From Candidatus Anstonellales archaeon (lineage in GTDB: Archaea > Micrarchaeota > Micrarchaeia > Anstonellales > J096), in assembly GCA_038890615.1 (NCBI GenBank), contig JAWAFI010000001.1:66611-130610 (forward strand): 64,000 nt of DNA, in the 5' to 3' direction. A model generated the notes under the pieces. It was given only the letters and a program-made list of their open reading frames with translations, was not told where the DNA came from and made no database searches. Positions 29,604 through 38,040 of this stretch are shown piece after piece. Every line of letters begins with the position of its first letter. Within the stretch, counting starts at the first letter, position 1. A program made the translations under genes and the position numbers.

Positions 29604-30115
29604 TGCCTCACTGCTATCTTCCCGTGCTTTGCATAAGGCAATGAGGTAGGGCTGCTCAGCTTCAGGAATATTGCTTGTGAGATGCGAAGGCCCTCTGACA
29701 AAGTAAGGTTTGACGGCGAAGAGTTCACAATCTCAAGCACCTGCCGGTTGGAACTGCCGGGCTGGATAAGGGAAGATGTAATGTGTACTGAGAGGCCAAG
29801 CCTTGCGTACCTACTCCTTCCTTCAAGTATGCCCATCACATAGGGAGGCAGGGTGATTTTTTCCTTCGTTATTCCAAGGCACATCTCTTGGGGCTTCAGG
29901 GTAACCTTTTTTGCAACGCGATGCTCAAGGACCTCAGTGAATGGCGTTTTCGATATGTCAATGGTCTTGCCTATAAGCCTTTTCTTGAAGAACCAAAAGT
30001 CCTTTCCCAAGGTAAGGTCAATTGAAGCTCCCTGTATCTGCCCTGGCTGAAGGGGCTCTATGCACATCTCTCCTTTCTTCAGCAGGGATTTTATGTCTCT
30101 GTCGGATAGTATCAT
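29600..30115 (-). CDS. dcd: dCTP deaminase (dUTPase-like fold)
   Basis: MILSDRDI, QIQGASIDLTLG, EGRSRYARLGL, LEIVN, RISQ. Confidence 0.92.
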   Translation of the reverse strand: MILSDRDIKSLLKKGEMCIEPLQPGQIQGASIDLTLGKDFWFFKKRLIGKTIDISKTPFTEVLEHRVAKKVTLKPQEMCLGITKEKITLPPYVMGILEGRSRYARLGLSVHITSSLIQPGSSNRQVLEIVNSSPSNLTLSEGLRISQAIFLKLSSPTSLPYAKHGKIAVRQ

Positions 30116-30117
30116 AG

Positions 30118-30456
30118 TTACACCAGCTTCAGGTGCCCGCATATCTTGTCAACAAGCACTTCCTCGTTTGGGCCTATTGCTATTGCAGTAAGCGAACCTG
30201 CAGGCACTTGGGTAAATCCTGCATCGTAGATTATGGAAGCGGTCAGCCCTTCTGCCTTTGCCTTGCGGAAAAGGTCCAACATTTCCTCCTCTCTCGCCTT
30301 TAGCACTACCTTCTTTGCGCCGTTTGAAAGCCACTCTGAAGAAACGGATTTTGGGCTTTCAAGGTAGGCCTGCAAAGAAGCATGGGCTGCATGGGCTGCA
30401 ATCTTGCCCTTCCCCATCCTTAGGCTGGAATTGATTACAATCGCTTGCTTGAGCAT
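30118..30456 (-). CDS. pth2: Peptidyl-tRNA hydrolase 2
   Basis: KQAIV, MGKGKIAAH..HA, KKVVLK, DAGFTQV, IGP. Confidence 0.95.
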   Translation of the reverse strand: MLKQAIVINSSLRMGKGKIAAHAAHASLQAYLESPKSVSSEWLSNGAKKVVLKAREEEMLDLFRKAKAEGLTASIIYDAGFTQVPAGSLTAIAIGPNEEVLVDKICGHLKLV

Positions 30457-30490
30457 AAGCGTTTAAAGCAGTGTCTATTTAAAATTCTTG
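30457..30490. promoter_or_regulatory. Overlapping divergent TATA promoters for pth2 and nurA
   Basis: TTTAAA at 30462-30467 and 30478-30483, each about 21-23 nt from the start codon of the distal gene. Confidence 0.55.
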
Positions 30491-31459
30491 ATGATTGAGC
30501 TCGTGAAGAAGATAAAAGATAGGATAGAGAAGATGGAGAGCGAGAGGCAGAGAATAGCAGATGAAGTAAGGGGGATGGAGAAGATAATGCCTGAGTTCCT
30601 TGAGAGCAAATTCGTCAAGGCAATAGAGCCAAAAGAATTCAGCGGGAAGGTTGCTGCTGTTGATGGAGGAATATTGGACAGGAGCTATTATGGAATTGAT
30701 GTGTATGTTGTTAGGAGCGCAGGGGTTATTTATGATTATGAAAGAGGTGAGCTCAAAAGGGTTGAATATGTACCTTCCAGGAACCCAGAGCACAAGGTCA
30801 TAGATAAGTATGAGTTGGATGAGAATGAAAGCAGGTGGGCAAAGAGCATTATAAGGCTAAAAGAGGAAGTAAGCAGGGCTGCAGAGATAAATGCAGACAT
30901 TGTCATAATGGATGGCTCAATATTCCCTCTTCCATCTGACATTCCTGCAAAGGATTCGCAGGTTTATCCTGAGTATGAAGAATTAGCAGGGGCTTACAAG
31001 GGCATGTTTAAGGGGATGAAGAGGAAGGGGGCTTTGCTTTTAGGGATATCTAAAGACAGCAGGTCGGCAAAAATGGCAGGCAAGTTTAAAATAAGGGGGA
31101 GCGACGTGCTTTTTGCTGACAAGCTCTTGAAAGCAGGGGAAAGAAGCGCAGTAATGGAAATGAAGTGGCCAAATGAAAATGAGAAAGGTTATTTCATGTA
31201 TGTGAAGGTTTCTGAGGAAGACATGCCTCTCAGGGTTGAGTTCCTTGAGCATAGGATGAGCTTTGATGAGATCGCTGGAATCGTCCACTGGCTTTCTGGC
31301 ATAAACAAAAAGTACACCTACCCTGCCGTGCTCATTGAGGCAGACCTGACTGCAAGGCTCCATGAAGTAGAGATTGAAAGGATTGAAAGGGAGATCATGT
31401 TTGGGACTGGGAGCTTGAGGAAATTCAGGAGGGAAAGGAGGCCTTTTGGAGGCAGCTAA
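30491..31459 (+). CDS. nurA: DNA double-strand break repair nuclease NurA
   Basis: AAVDGG, IMDGS, GISKDS, YP.VLIEAD..AR. Confidence 0.88.
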   Translation: MIELVKKIKDRIEKMESERQRIADEVRGMEKIMPEFLESKFVKAIEPKEFSGKVAAVDGGILDRSYYGIDVYVVRSAGVIYDYERGELKRVEYVPSRNPEHKVIDKYELDENESRWAKSIIRLKEEVSRAAEINADIVIMDGSIFPLPSDIPAKDSQVYPEYEELAGAYKGMFKGMKRKGALLLGISKDSRSAKMAGKFKIRGSDVLFADKLLKAGERSAVMEMKWPNENEKGYFMYVKVSEEDMPLRVEFLEHRMSFDEIAGIVHWLSGINKKYTYPAVLIEADLTARLHEVEIERIEREIMFGTGSLRKFRRERRPFGGS

Positions 31460-32961
31460 AGGAAAGATTCAACCTGCTCCTTTTCTTCTTTCTTAGACCT
31501 GTTGAATTCCCTGCACTGCTCAATTATGTCAGAGCCCTTGGAAGTGTATTTCCTGCAAACCCTTTTCCTAATTCTGAGGAAAACAGGGAAGTTCACTGCC
31601 TCGCCAACAACAATGGCATCCCCAACCTGCAGGGTTGTTATGCTCTGGACCATGCGATCATCTATTCCTTCGCAGCTTTCTGCAACTTTTTTCAGGTCAT
31701 TTGGGTTCATCATACGCAATATTATATGAGTATTGCACTGGCTAAGAGCAGTATTGCTTATGTGTGATGGCCTCTGGGTGATTAGGCACAGCGATGAGCC
31801 GAACTTCCGCCCCTCTCTTGCTATCTTCTCTATGATGCCGCGCGATATTGTGTCAAACTTCCTCTGCTCTGAAGCAAAGTTATGCGCCTCTTCTATTACC
31901 ATAAGGAAGGGAGGCACCTTGTTTTTCTTGCGCAGCTCGAAGAGGCGCCTTCCAAAATAGCTCACAACTATCTGCCTCTGCCTCAAGCTATCAAGACCCT
32001 CAAGGTTGAATACGAGGAGAGAATTGGTTGACAGCTCCTTTACCTTTGGGCGCTCGGAAGAGCCAACGAGGCGCATCTTGCCTAACTCATGCAGGCGCCC
32101 AACAAGCTCGTTCACTGTGGAAACCTTATTCTTGTTTTTCTCTCTTGAGCCAGAGGCCTCCACGATCTCAATCAAGTTCTTGAGCGAGGGCTTTAGGTTC
32201 TGCTCCCTTATCGCTTCCTTGAATTGGGAGAAGCACTCGCTATACAACCGCTCTTGGGGAGTAGAAAGCTCAAACCACTCAGAGAGGCAGGAAGGATTAA
32301 GCTTAGTAACAGGAATCCTTATCTCCTTTGCATCTACCAGCGTTGTCTTCTTTGAGAAAGAGGGATCATGCTTGAAGTCAGAATATTCGTTGTGCATGTC
32401 CATCACTACAACCGCAGGTGTTGGAAGCTGGGAATTTACAAGTTCCTCGATTATTACTGTAGTTAAGTAGGATTTGCCTGCTCCGCTCATGGCGAGGATG
32501 GCCATGTGCTTTTGCAAGGTACGGTTGAAGTCAAGCACTGCCTTTGTGGAATGGTTTTGCACAGTGCCTATGCTAAGCCCTTCTTGGGCAAATCCAATGA
32601 ACTTGCTTAAATCAGAGTCAGGCATAAGGAAGACATCCTTTCCTGGTGAAGGAGGTGTAAAGGAGCGAATGAACATTCCTTCAGGGGACTTCCTCCCCAT
32701 TGTGCGCGCAAGCGCAACTATGTATTCTCCTTCCTGGTGCGGAAAATGGTTTATTATGCCTCCCTCGCGCTCGTAATCAGAAACTATCTCAGGGTCCTCA
32801 AAGTAGCGGTTGAGCCTGAAAATCTCGTTGACAAATGCGATTACTGCTCCTTGCGGGTCTGAAACCTCTACAAACTGGCCCTTGCGCACATCACCGAGCA
32901 CAAGGAAATAAAACTCCGTAGTGGAGGGGGTATTGTTGAATGATATGACGCGCCCTATCAT
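31456..32961 (-). CDS. herA: HerA helicase/translocase (HAS barrel plus ATPase)
   Basis: HMAILAMSGAGKS, DMHNEY, IEEAHNF, IAREGRKFG, TQRP, SQCNT. Confidence 0.92.
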   Translation of the reverse strand: MIGRVISFNNTPSTTEFYFLVLGDVRKGQFVEVSDPQGAVIAFVNEIFRLNRYFEDPEIVSDYEREGGIINHFPHQEGEYIVALARTMGRKSPEGMFIRSFTPPSPGKDVFLMPDSDLSKFIGFAQEGLSIGTVQNHSTKAVLDFNRTLQKHMAILAMSGAGKSYLTTVIIEELVNSQLPTPAVVVMDMHNEYSDFKHDPSFSKKTTLVDAKEIRIPVTKLNPSCLSEWFELSTPQERLYSECFSQFKEAIREQNLKPSLKNLIEIVEASGSREKNKNKVSTVNELVGRLHELGKMRLVGSSERPKVKELSTNSLLVFNLEGLDSLRQRQIVVSYFGRRLFELRKKNKVPPFLMVIEEAHNFASEQRKFDTISRGIIEKIAREGRKFGSSLCLITQRPSHISNTALSQCNTHIILRMMNPNDLKKVAESCEGIDDRMVQSITTLQVGDAIVVGEAVNFPVFLRIRKRVCRKYTSKGSDIIEQCREFNRSKKEEKEQVESFL

Positions 32962-33016
32962 CAGCTAAAAGTAGGGGAGAGGATTTATAAAGCATAGCGT
33001 AGGATTTCGCCAATGC

Positions 33017-34732
33017 CTACTTTCCAAAATAGCGCGATGCCTCCTCTGCATCAACGCGCAGCCTGTTGCTTCGCATAAGCTCAGGAAGCGAAGAATACGA
33101 AGAGCAGAGCTTTTTCAATTCAGGGCCAGAGATTCGCTTAAGGCCTGCTTCATCTATGGCCTTTTCCACTGAAACACCTTTGGACACTGCATATCTCAAA
33201 ACATCCTTTATAGCTGCTTTTACTATATGGCCTTTCCTGAATGCCTGCACAACCTCTCCAAGCATTTTCTCGGTTGGCTCAATCCCTTCCCTGCGCAGCT
33301 CAATCACATCTCGGGTAAAAAGAGTGGAAAGGAACCCTTCGCCCAAATCAAGATTATCGCAAATCAAAGGGAGGTAGGGGCTTAGGAATATCTCATCTGC
33401 CCTCCCCCTGAAAACCTTGGAAATGGCAGAATAGCGCTCTGTAAAGGAAGGTATTTCAGGAAGCTTGGGAAGCGGAGTCGTTTCTATGTCTGTTTCAGGG
33501 TACATGCGCGCCTTGCCTGGAAGGGGGCGCTGGTAAGAAGTGGTCCCATCAGGATTAGCTTTCCTAGTTTCACCAGGGACTTCAAGCAATAAGGCACGCT
33601 TTAGAACTAGCTGTAAAGCAATCTTTGCCCTTTCCTTTTCTCCAAAGGTTATTATAAATGCATCATTTGCAGAGCAATGGAGGGCTTTTTCTACTAGATG
33701 ACGCTCGATCCCGTACTTTTCAATTTCCTCATCGCTGTGGATTATGCCCAGGCCAACAGCCGATGCATATTCGCTTAGCTCCTTGCCAAAGCGCTTTGCG
33801 CCTATCATCGTGCCTAGGATGCCCTTGAAGCCCTTCAGCTTAACCCCTATTACTGATTGGCCGGAGGACAGGGCTTTTTGCAGGAGTTTTGACTTTGTGC
33901 CCTTTAAGGCCTCAGAAAGGTCAACCAAAGAGGGGTTTTGGGAAGGAATGGACTTAATAGTTGAAATTATTTTCAACAATGCCTGCTGCCTCCTGACCTC
34001 CTCTTTTACGTATTCAGGGAGCATAGGAAGCTCCTGCACCCCTTTTATCTCAACCCTTGCGCCTCCTGGGATTGATACATTTAGGTCTTGGCGGATTGTG
34101 CCAATGCCCCTTGCAACCTTGCCTGTGTTGCGCAGTATCAGGCCTATCTTAAGCGCTGTTTCATAAGCTTGCTCAGGGCTTCTTATCTCTGGAGTGGTAG
34201 TTATCTCAACAAGAGGGATGCCAAGCCTCCTTAAGTCAAGCACGCGCTCATTTTGCGAATCAGAAACAATGCCTGCGCTTTCCTCTTCAATGGCAACAGT
34301 CTCTATGCCAACGGAGCCAAATGAGGTTTGCAGGGAGCCGTTTAGTCCTACTAGCGCAGTGCGCTGGAAGCCGGAAACATTGCTACCATCAACTACTATC
34401 TTGCGCATAACTTGAATAGAAGGCAGGAGTGTGCAGTTGAGCTCCTTTGCAATGAAAGCAGCAATAGACAGGGCTTCCTTGTTGATTGGATGTGGCGGCT
34501 CCTCATCTGCCTCAACAGCACAGCAAGAAGAAGGGTAGAACTGGTAAGTAAAGAGCTTCTGCTTCGCCTGCTCATGCAGGGCAGCTGAGTCAATCTCTCC
34601 CATCTCGCTCATAGTGGTGTGTAGCCTGCGCTTAAATGTGAAAAAATTTTCATCTTTATCATCAGGGTAAGGGCAGGCGCAAAATAACTTTTTGGTGTTC
34701 AGGCGCTGGTGGATTTCAAGCCCTATCTTCAT
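33017..34732 (-). CDS. gatE: Glu-tRNA(Gln) amidotransferase subunit E
   Basis: MKIGLEIHQRL, KLFC, DEEPPH, DGSNVSGFQRT, GTIRQDLNVSI, RMYPETD. Confidence 0.96.
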   Translation of the reverse strand: MKIGLEIHQRLNTKKLFCACPYPDDKDENFFTFKRRLHTTMSEMGEIDSAALHEQAKQKLFTYQFYPSSCCAVEADEEPPHPINKEALSIAAFIAKELNCTLLPSIQVMRKIVVDGSNVSGFQRTALVGLNGSLQTSFGSVGIETVAIEEESAGIVSDSQNERVLDLRRLGIPLVEITTTPEIRSPEQAYETALKIGLILRNTGKVARGIGTIRQDLNVSIPGGARVEIKGVQELPMLPEYVKEEVRRQQALLKIISTIKSIPSQNPSLVDLSEALKGTKSKLLQKALSSGQSVIGVKLKGFKGILGTMIGAKRFGKELSEYASAVGLGIIHSDEEIEKYGIERHLVEKALHCSANDAFIITFGEKERAKIALQLVLKRALLLEVPGETRKANPDGTTSYQRPLPGKARMYPETDIETTPLPKLPEIPSFTERYSAISKVFRGRADEIFLSPYLPLICDNLDLGEGFLSTLFTRDVIELRREGIEPTEKMLGEVVQAFRKGHIVKAAIKDVLRYAVSKGVSVEKAIDEAGLKRISGPELKKLCSSYSSLPELMRSNRLRVDAEEASRYFGK

Positions 34733-34733
34733 T

Positions 34734-36155
34734 TCAGTAGGTCCTTTGGACATAGCCCACCACGCGTGTTTCTTTCCCGCAAACAATGCATTTGCCTTTC
34801 TCCCCATCTTCGAGAGATGTGCCAAAAAGCTCTATGCCCTCTTCTATCTCCGCTATCTTGTGCCAGCAGGGCTCTGTGTTGCAATAGTGCACAACAGCGA
34901 TGTTGCCGGAGTTTATCTCATCCTTAAGCTGTGATTCTTTGGAGCATGGCCTAAGCTTCGAGATCAGGGCTTCCTTTGATTTTGCGCGCATGGAATCAGA
35001 GATTGAGGAGAGCAGCCCCTTTACTGAATTAGTGACTTTATCCATACTTAACTCCTGCTTTTGAAGGGTGTCCCGGCGGAAAACAGAAACAACGCCTTTT
35101 GAGAGTTCCTGCTTGCCTAATTCAATGCGCAGCGGGACGCCTTTTATTTCCCAATTGTAGCGCTTTGAGCCGAGAGTTTCGCTAGAGGAATCAACATCAG
35201 CCCTGATGCCTTCTTTTATCAGCAATCCCTTTAGCTTGTTTGCCTCTTCAAGCTGGGCATGTGATATCGGGATTATTATTGCTTGTATTGGCGCTATGGA
35301 AGGAGGCAGCACGAGCCCTCTTTCATCCCCAAATGAAGCAATTACTGCTGCAAGGAAGCGCGCGCCATTCCCAGTGCAGGTCATCCATGCATATTCCTCT
35401 TCCCCTCTTTCGTTCCTGAACTTTATGTTGAATTTTCTTGAATATGCCTGGCCAAGATTGTTAAGTGAGCCGTTCTCAAGCACACGGCCGTTCGGCATCA
35501 CTGAGTAGTATTCTATTGCCCCAACTGCCCCAGGAAAAACTTCCCATTTTGGCTTTACAACCTTTAGCGGGGTTATGCATAATGAATCCCATATAGAATC
35601 CCAAATGGCCATGTGGAACCTTATTTCTTCCTCAGCTTCCTGCTTTGTTGCATGGCAGGTGTGTATTTCGTGCCAAACTGTGATTTCCCTGTCGCGTATC
35701 AAAGGGCGGGTATGCTTTGTTTCGTAGCGGAAGCTTGAGACCGTTTCATATATTTTGAGCGGGAGGTCCCGGTAGGAATGGATCCATAAAGAAAACATTG
35801 GGTACATTGCGGGCTCTCCTGTAGGGCGCAGAACATAATCCTGCTTGCCATCCTTGCCACCGCTTACATAAAAGGCCTCGTTCTCAAAGCCTCTCCACCA
35901 TTCGTCATTTATGCGCGCATATTCTAGCGGAACCAAAAGAGGGAAGTACATCTCCTTGTATCCATTGGCTTTAAGCTGGGAATCCCACAGGGATTTTATG
36001 CGAAGCATTATGTCATACCCCCACGGAAGCCAAACAAAAGCCCCTTTGACATTATACCGCTTGTCTATTATCCCTGCTGCCTCAACTACCTTGGTATACC
36101 ACTTGGAAAAATCATCTGCATCTTTTAAGGCATCTGGAGTGTCTATGTCATGCAT
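34734..36155 (-). CDS. proS: Proline--tRNA ligase (archaeal/eukaryotic type)
   Basis: FSKWY, LRPTGE, FRYETKHTRPLIRDREI, GLVLPPSIAP, GVPLRIELG, C-terminal RTY. Confidence 0.96.
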   Translation of the reverse strand: MHDIDTPDALKDADDFSKWYTKVVEAAGIIDKRYNVKGAFVWLPWGYDIMLRIKSLWDSQLKANGYKEMYFPLLVPLEYARINDEWWRGFENEAFYVSGGKDGKQDYVLRPTGEPAMYPMFSLWIHSYRDLPLKIYETVSSFRYETKHTRPLIRDREITVWHEIHTCHATKQEAEEEIRFHMAIWDSIWDSLCITPLKVVKPKWEVFPGAVGAIEYYSVMPNGRVLENGSLNNLGQAYSRKFNIKFRNERGEEEYAWMTCTGNGARFLAAVIASFGDERGLVLPPSIAPIQAIIIPISHAQLEEANKLKGLLIKEGIRADVDSSSETLGSKRYNWEIKGVPLRIELGKQELSKGVVSVFRRDTLQKQELSMDKVTNSVKGLLSSISDSMRAKSKEALISKLRPCSKESQLKDEINSGNIAVVHYCNTEPCWHKIAEIEEGIELFGTSLEDGEKGKCIVCGKETRVVGYVQRTY

Positions 36156-36205
36156 AACTTAACATTAATGAAAGGGTTTAAAAAGTTGAGAGGTGATAAT
36201 TTGTT

Positions 36206-37909
36206 ATGAAAAGCAAGGAATTAATTGAAAACAAAGAAGTTTTAGAAAAAGGCAAAAAGGGAATAAAAGCGGAGATAAAAGAGGATGAGGAGGATGAAAT
36301 AGACGAGAAGAAGGTTTTGAAGAAGGTTGTTAGCGCTATTAAGAAAGGGAAGGAGGATAAGGAGGCATTTAAAGAACTTAGGATCGTAAACGAGTACAAA
36401 AAACAGGAAATTGGAAAGGAAAAATCTAAAGAGCTTGGGCTCAACCTAGGTAATGATTATCCTGGAGATTTGAAAAGGTATGTACGCTTCATTTTAGAAG
36501 GAGCAGATATAAACGCCAAGAACGATGAAGGATGGACTTTGCTTATGATGGCTGCTTATAGGGGTCATAAGGAGATTGTTGAGCTGCTTATTAGGGCAGG
36601 TGCAAGAATTGATTTTAATGAATTGGCTAATGATAGAACTACATTGCTAATGTGCGCTTCATCTGGAGGGATTGCTGAACTAGTAGAGAAAATTATAGGA
36701 ATGGGGCCAAATATTAACGCGCAGGATAAATATGGAAATACGGCGTTGATGTTGGCTGCTGGAAAAGGACATAAGGATATCGTTGAGATGCTGATAAAGG
36801 CTGGGGCTGATGTGAATGCTAGAAAAAAAGATGAAAGCACAGCACTCATATTAGCAGCTGAAAAAGGGCGTAAGGAAGTTGTAGAGCTTCTTATTGCCAA
36901 TGGGGCTGATGTTAATGCCAAAACCGAAAATGGAATGACTGCCCTTATGAACGCCGTTTGGAATGGGCATAAGGAAGTTGTGGAGGTTTTAATCAAGGCT
37001 GGGGCTGATGTGAATGCCAAGGACAGCACTGGCAATACAGCTTTTACTTGGGCCGTTCATAATGGCCCTAAAGAGGTGGTGGATCTTCTTATTGCCAATG
37101 GGGCTGACATTAGCGTTAAGGATAATTGGGGAAATAACGCGCTAATTGCAGCTGCTACTGGCGGGCATAAAGATATTGTTGAATTCCTGATTGCCAAGGG
37201 GTTTAATGTAAATGCTACCAACAATTATGGTATTAGCCCGCTTATAGCTGCTGTTGAATACCAGCATAAGGAAGTTGTAGAGCTTCTTATTGCCAATGGG
37301 GCTGATGTTAATGCTAAGGATAATGAGGGGAAGACTGTGTTGATTGCAGCTGCTGAAGGCAGGAAAAAAGAGATTATGGAGATGCTTATTAGGGCAGGGG
37401 CTGATGTGAATGGTAGGGATAAATATGGAAGTACGGCGCTGATTGAAGCTTCTAGGAATGACCGTGATGAAGCTGTAAAGGTATTGATAGCCAATGGGGC
37501 TGATGTGAATGCCAGGGACAATTATGGAAGGACGGCACTTATTGCAGCTTCTAGGATAGGTTCTAAGTACGCAGCAGAGATTCTTATTAAGGCAGGGGCT
37601 GATGTGAATGCCAAGGATAATGAGGGTAGGACAGCGTTAATGGAGGCTATTTGGGATGGGTTTAATGATATGGTGGAGACGCTTATTAAGGCAGGGGCTG
37701 ATGTGAATGCCAAGGATAATGAGGGTAAAAGCCCACTCATGGAAGCTATTTCATACCACCGCAAGAGTATGGTGGAGATGCTTATTAAGGCAGGGGCTGA
37801 TGTGAATGCCAAGGATAATGAAGGCAATTCTGTCCTTGGCTATGTTAACAAATTGAGTGAAGATATTAATATTAAGGAGATCCTCATAAATGCAGGTGCA
37901 AAGCCTTAG
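36206..37909 (+). CDS. Ankyrin-repeat protein (about 14 repeats) with conserved N-terminal leader
   Basis: Regular 33-aa GADVNAKD..G.TAL..AA..G repeats; leader EKKVLKKVV...KEDKEAFKEL. Confidence 0.93.
   Translation: MKSKELIENKEVLEKGKKGIKAEIKEDEEDEIDEKKVLKKVVSAIKKGKEDKEAFKELRIVNEYKKQEIGKEKSKELGLNLGNDYPGDLKRYVRFILEGADINAKNDEGWTLLMMAAYRGHKEIVELLIRAGARIDFNELANDRTTLLMCASSGGIAELVEKIIGMGPNINAQDKYGNTALMLAAGKGHKDIVEMLIKAGADVNARKKDESTALILAAEKGRKEVVELLIANGADVNAKTENGMTALMNAVWNGHKEVVEVLIKAGADVNAKDSTGNTAFTWAVHNGPKEVVDLLIANGADISVKDNWGNNALIAAATGGHKDIVEFLIAKGFNVNATNNYGISPLIAAVEYQHKEVVELLIANGADVNAKDNEGKTVLIAAAEGRKKEIMEMLIRAGADVNGRDKYGSTALIEASRNDRDEAVKVLIANGADVNARDNYGRTALIAASRIGSKYAAEILIKAGADVNAKDNEGRTALMEAIWDGFNDMVETLIKAGADVNAKDNEGKSPLMEAISYHRKSMVEMLIKAGADVNAKDNEGNSVLGYVNKLSEDINIKEILINAGAKP
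36871..37821 (+). repeat. Nucleotide-identical ankyrin framework blocks on a 99-bp register
   Basis: A 48-bp block at 36871 and 37267 (offset 396 = 4 x 99), and a 41-bp block cttattaaggcaggggctgatgtgaatgccaaggataatga at 37583, 37682 and 37781. Confidence 0.92.
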
Positions 37910-38040
37910 AGAGAACAGAATATCTTAATATAGAAGTTAAAGATAAGATGTGTGACAAAAGAATTGGAGAAATATTAAATTACATGCTGTAGAGAGTCAC
38001 AAATGAGAATATTTAAAAAACATCTGCCTTATTCCTACGC

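Noticed and set aside
25202..32961. PHP, PIN, dCTP deaminase and HerA/NurA as an anti-phage defence island
   Set aside because: Dcd is the housekeeping dUTPase-fold type, the PIN protein is Fcf1-like, HerA/NurA are the canonical repair type, and pth2 is interleaved. Only the PHP pair looks accessory.
13537..37821. Diversity-generating retroelement (TR/VR pairs) behind the ANK or PHP repeats
   Set aside because: No reverse transcriptase is in the window, both copies of each repeat are coding, and there is no pattern of multiple adenine-specific mismatches.
37583..37821. CRISPR-like array (41-bp repeats with ~58-bp spacers)
   Set aside because: The period is exactly 99 bp, in frame within an ankyrin ORF; no cas genes or leader are present.
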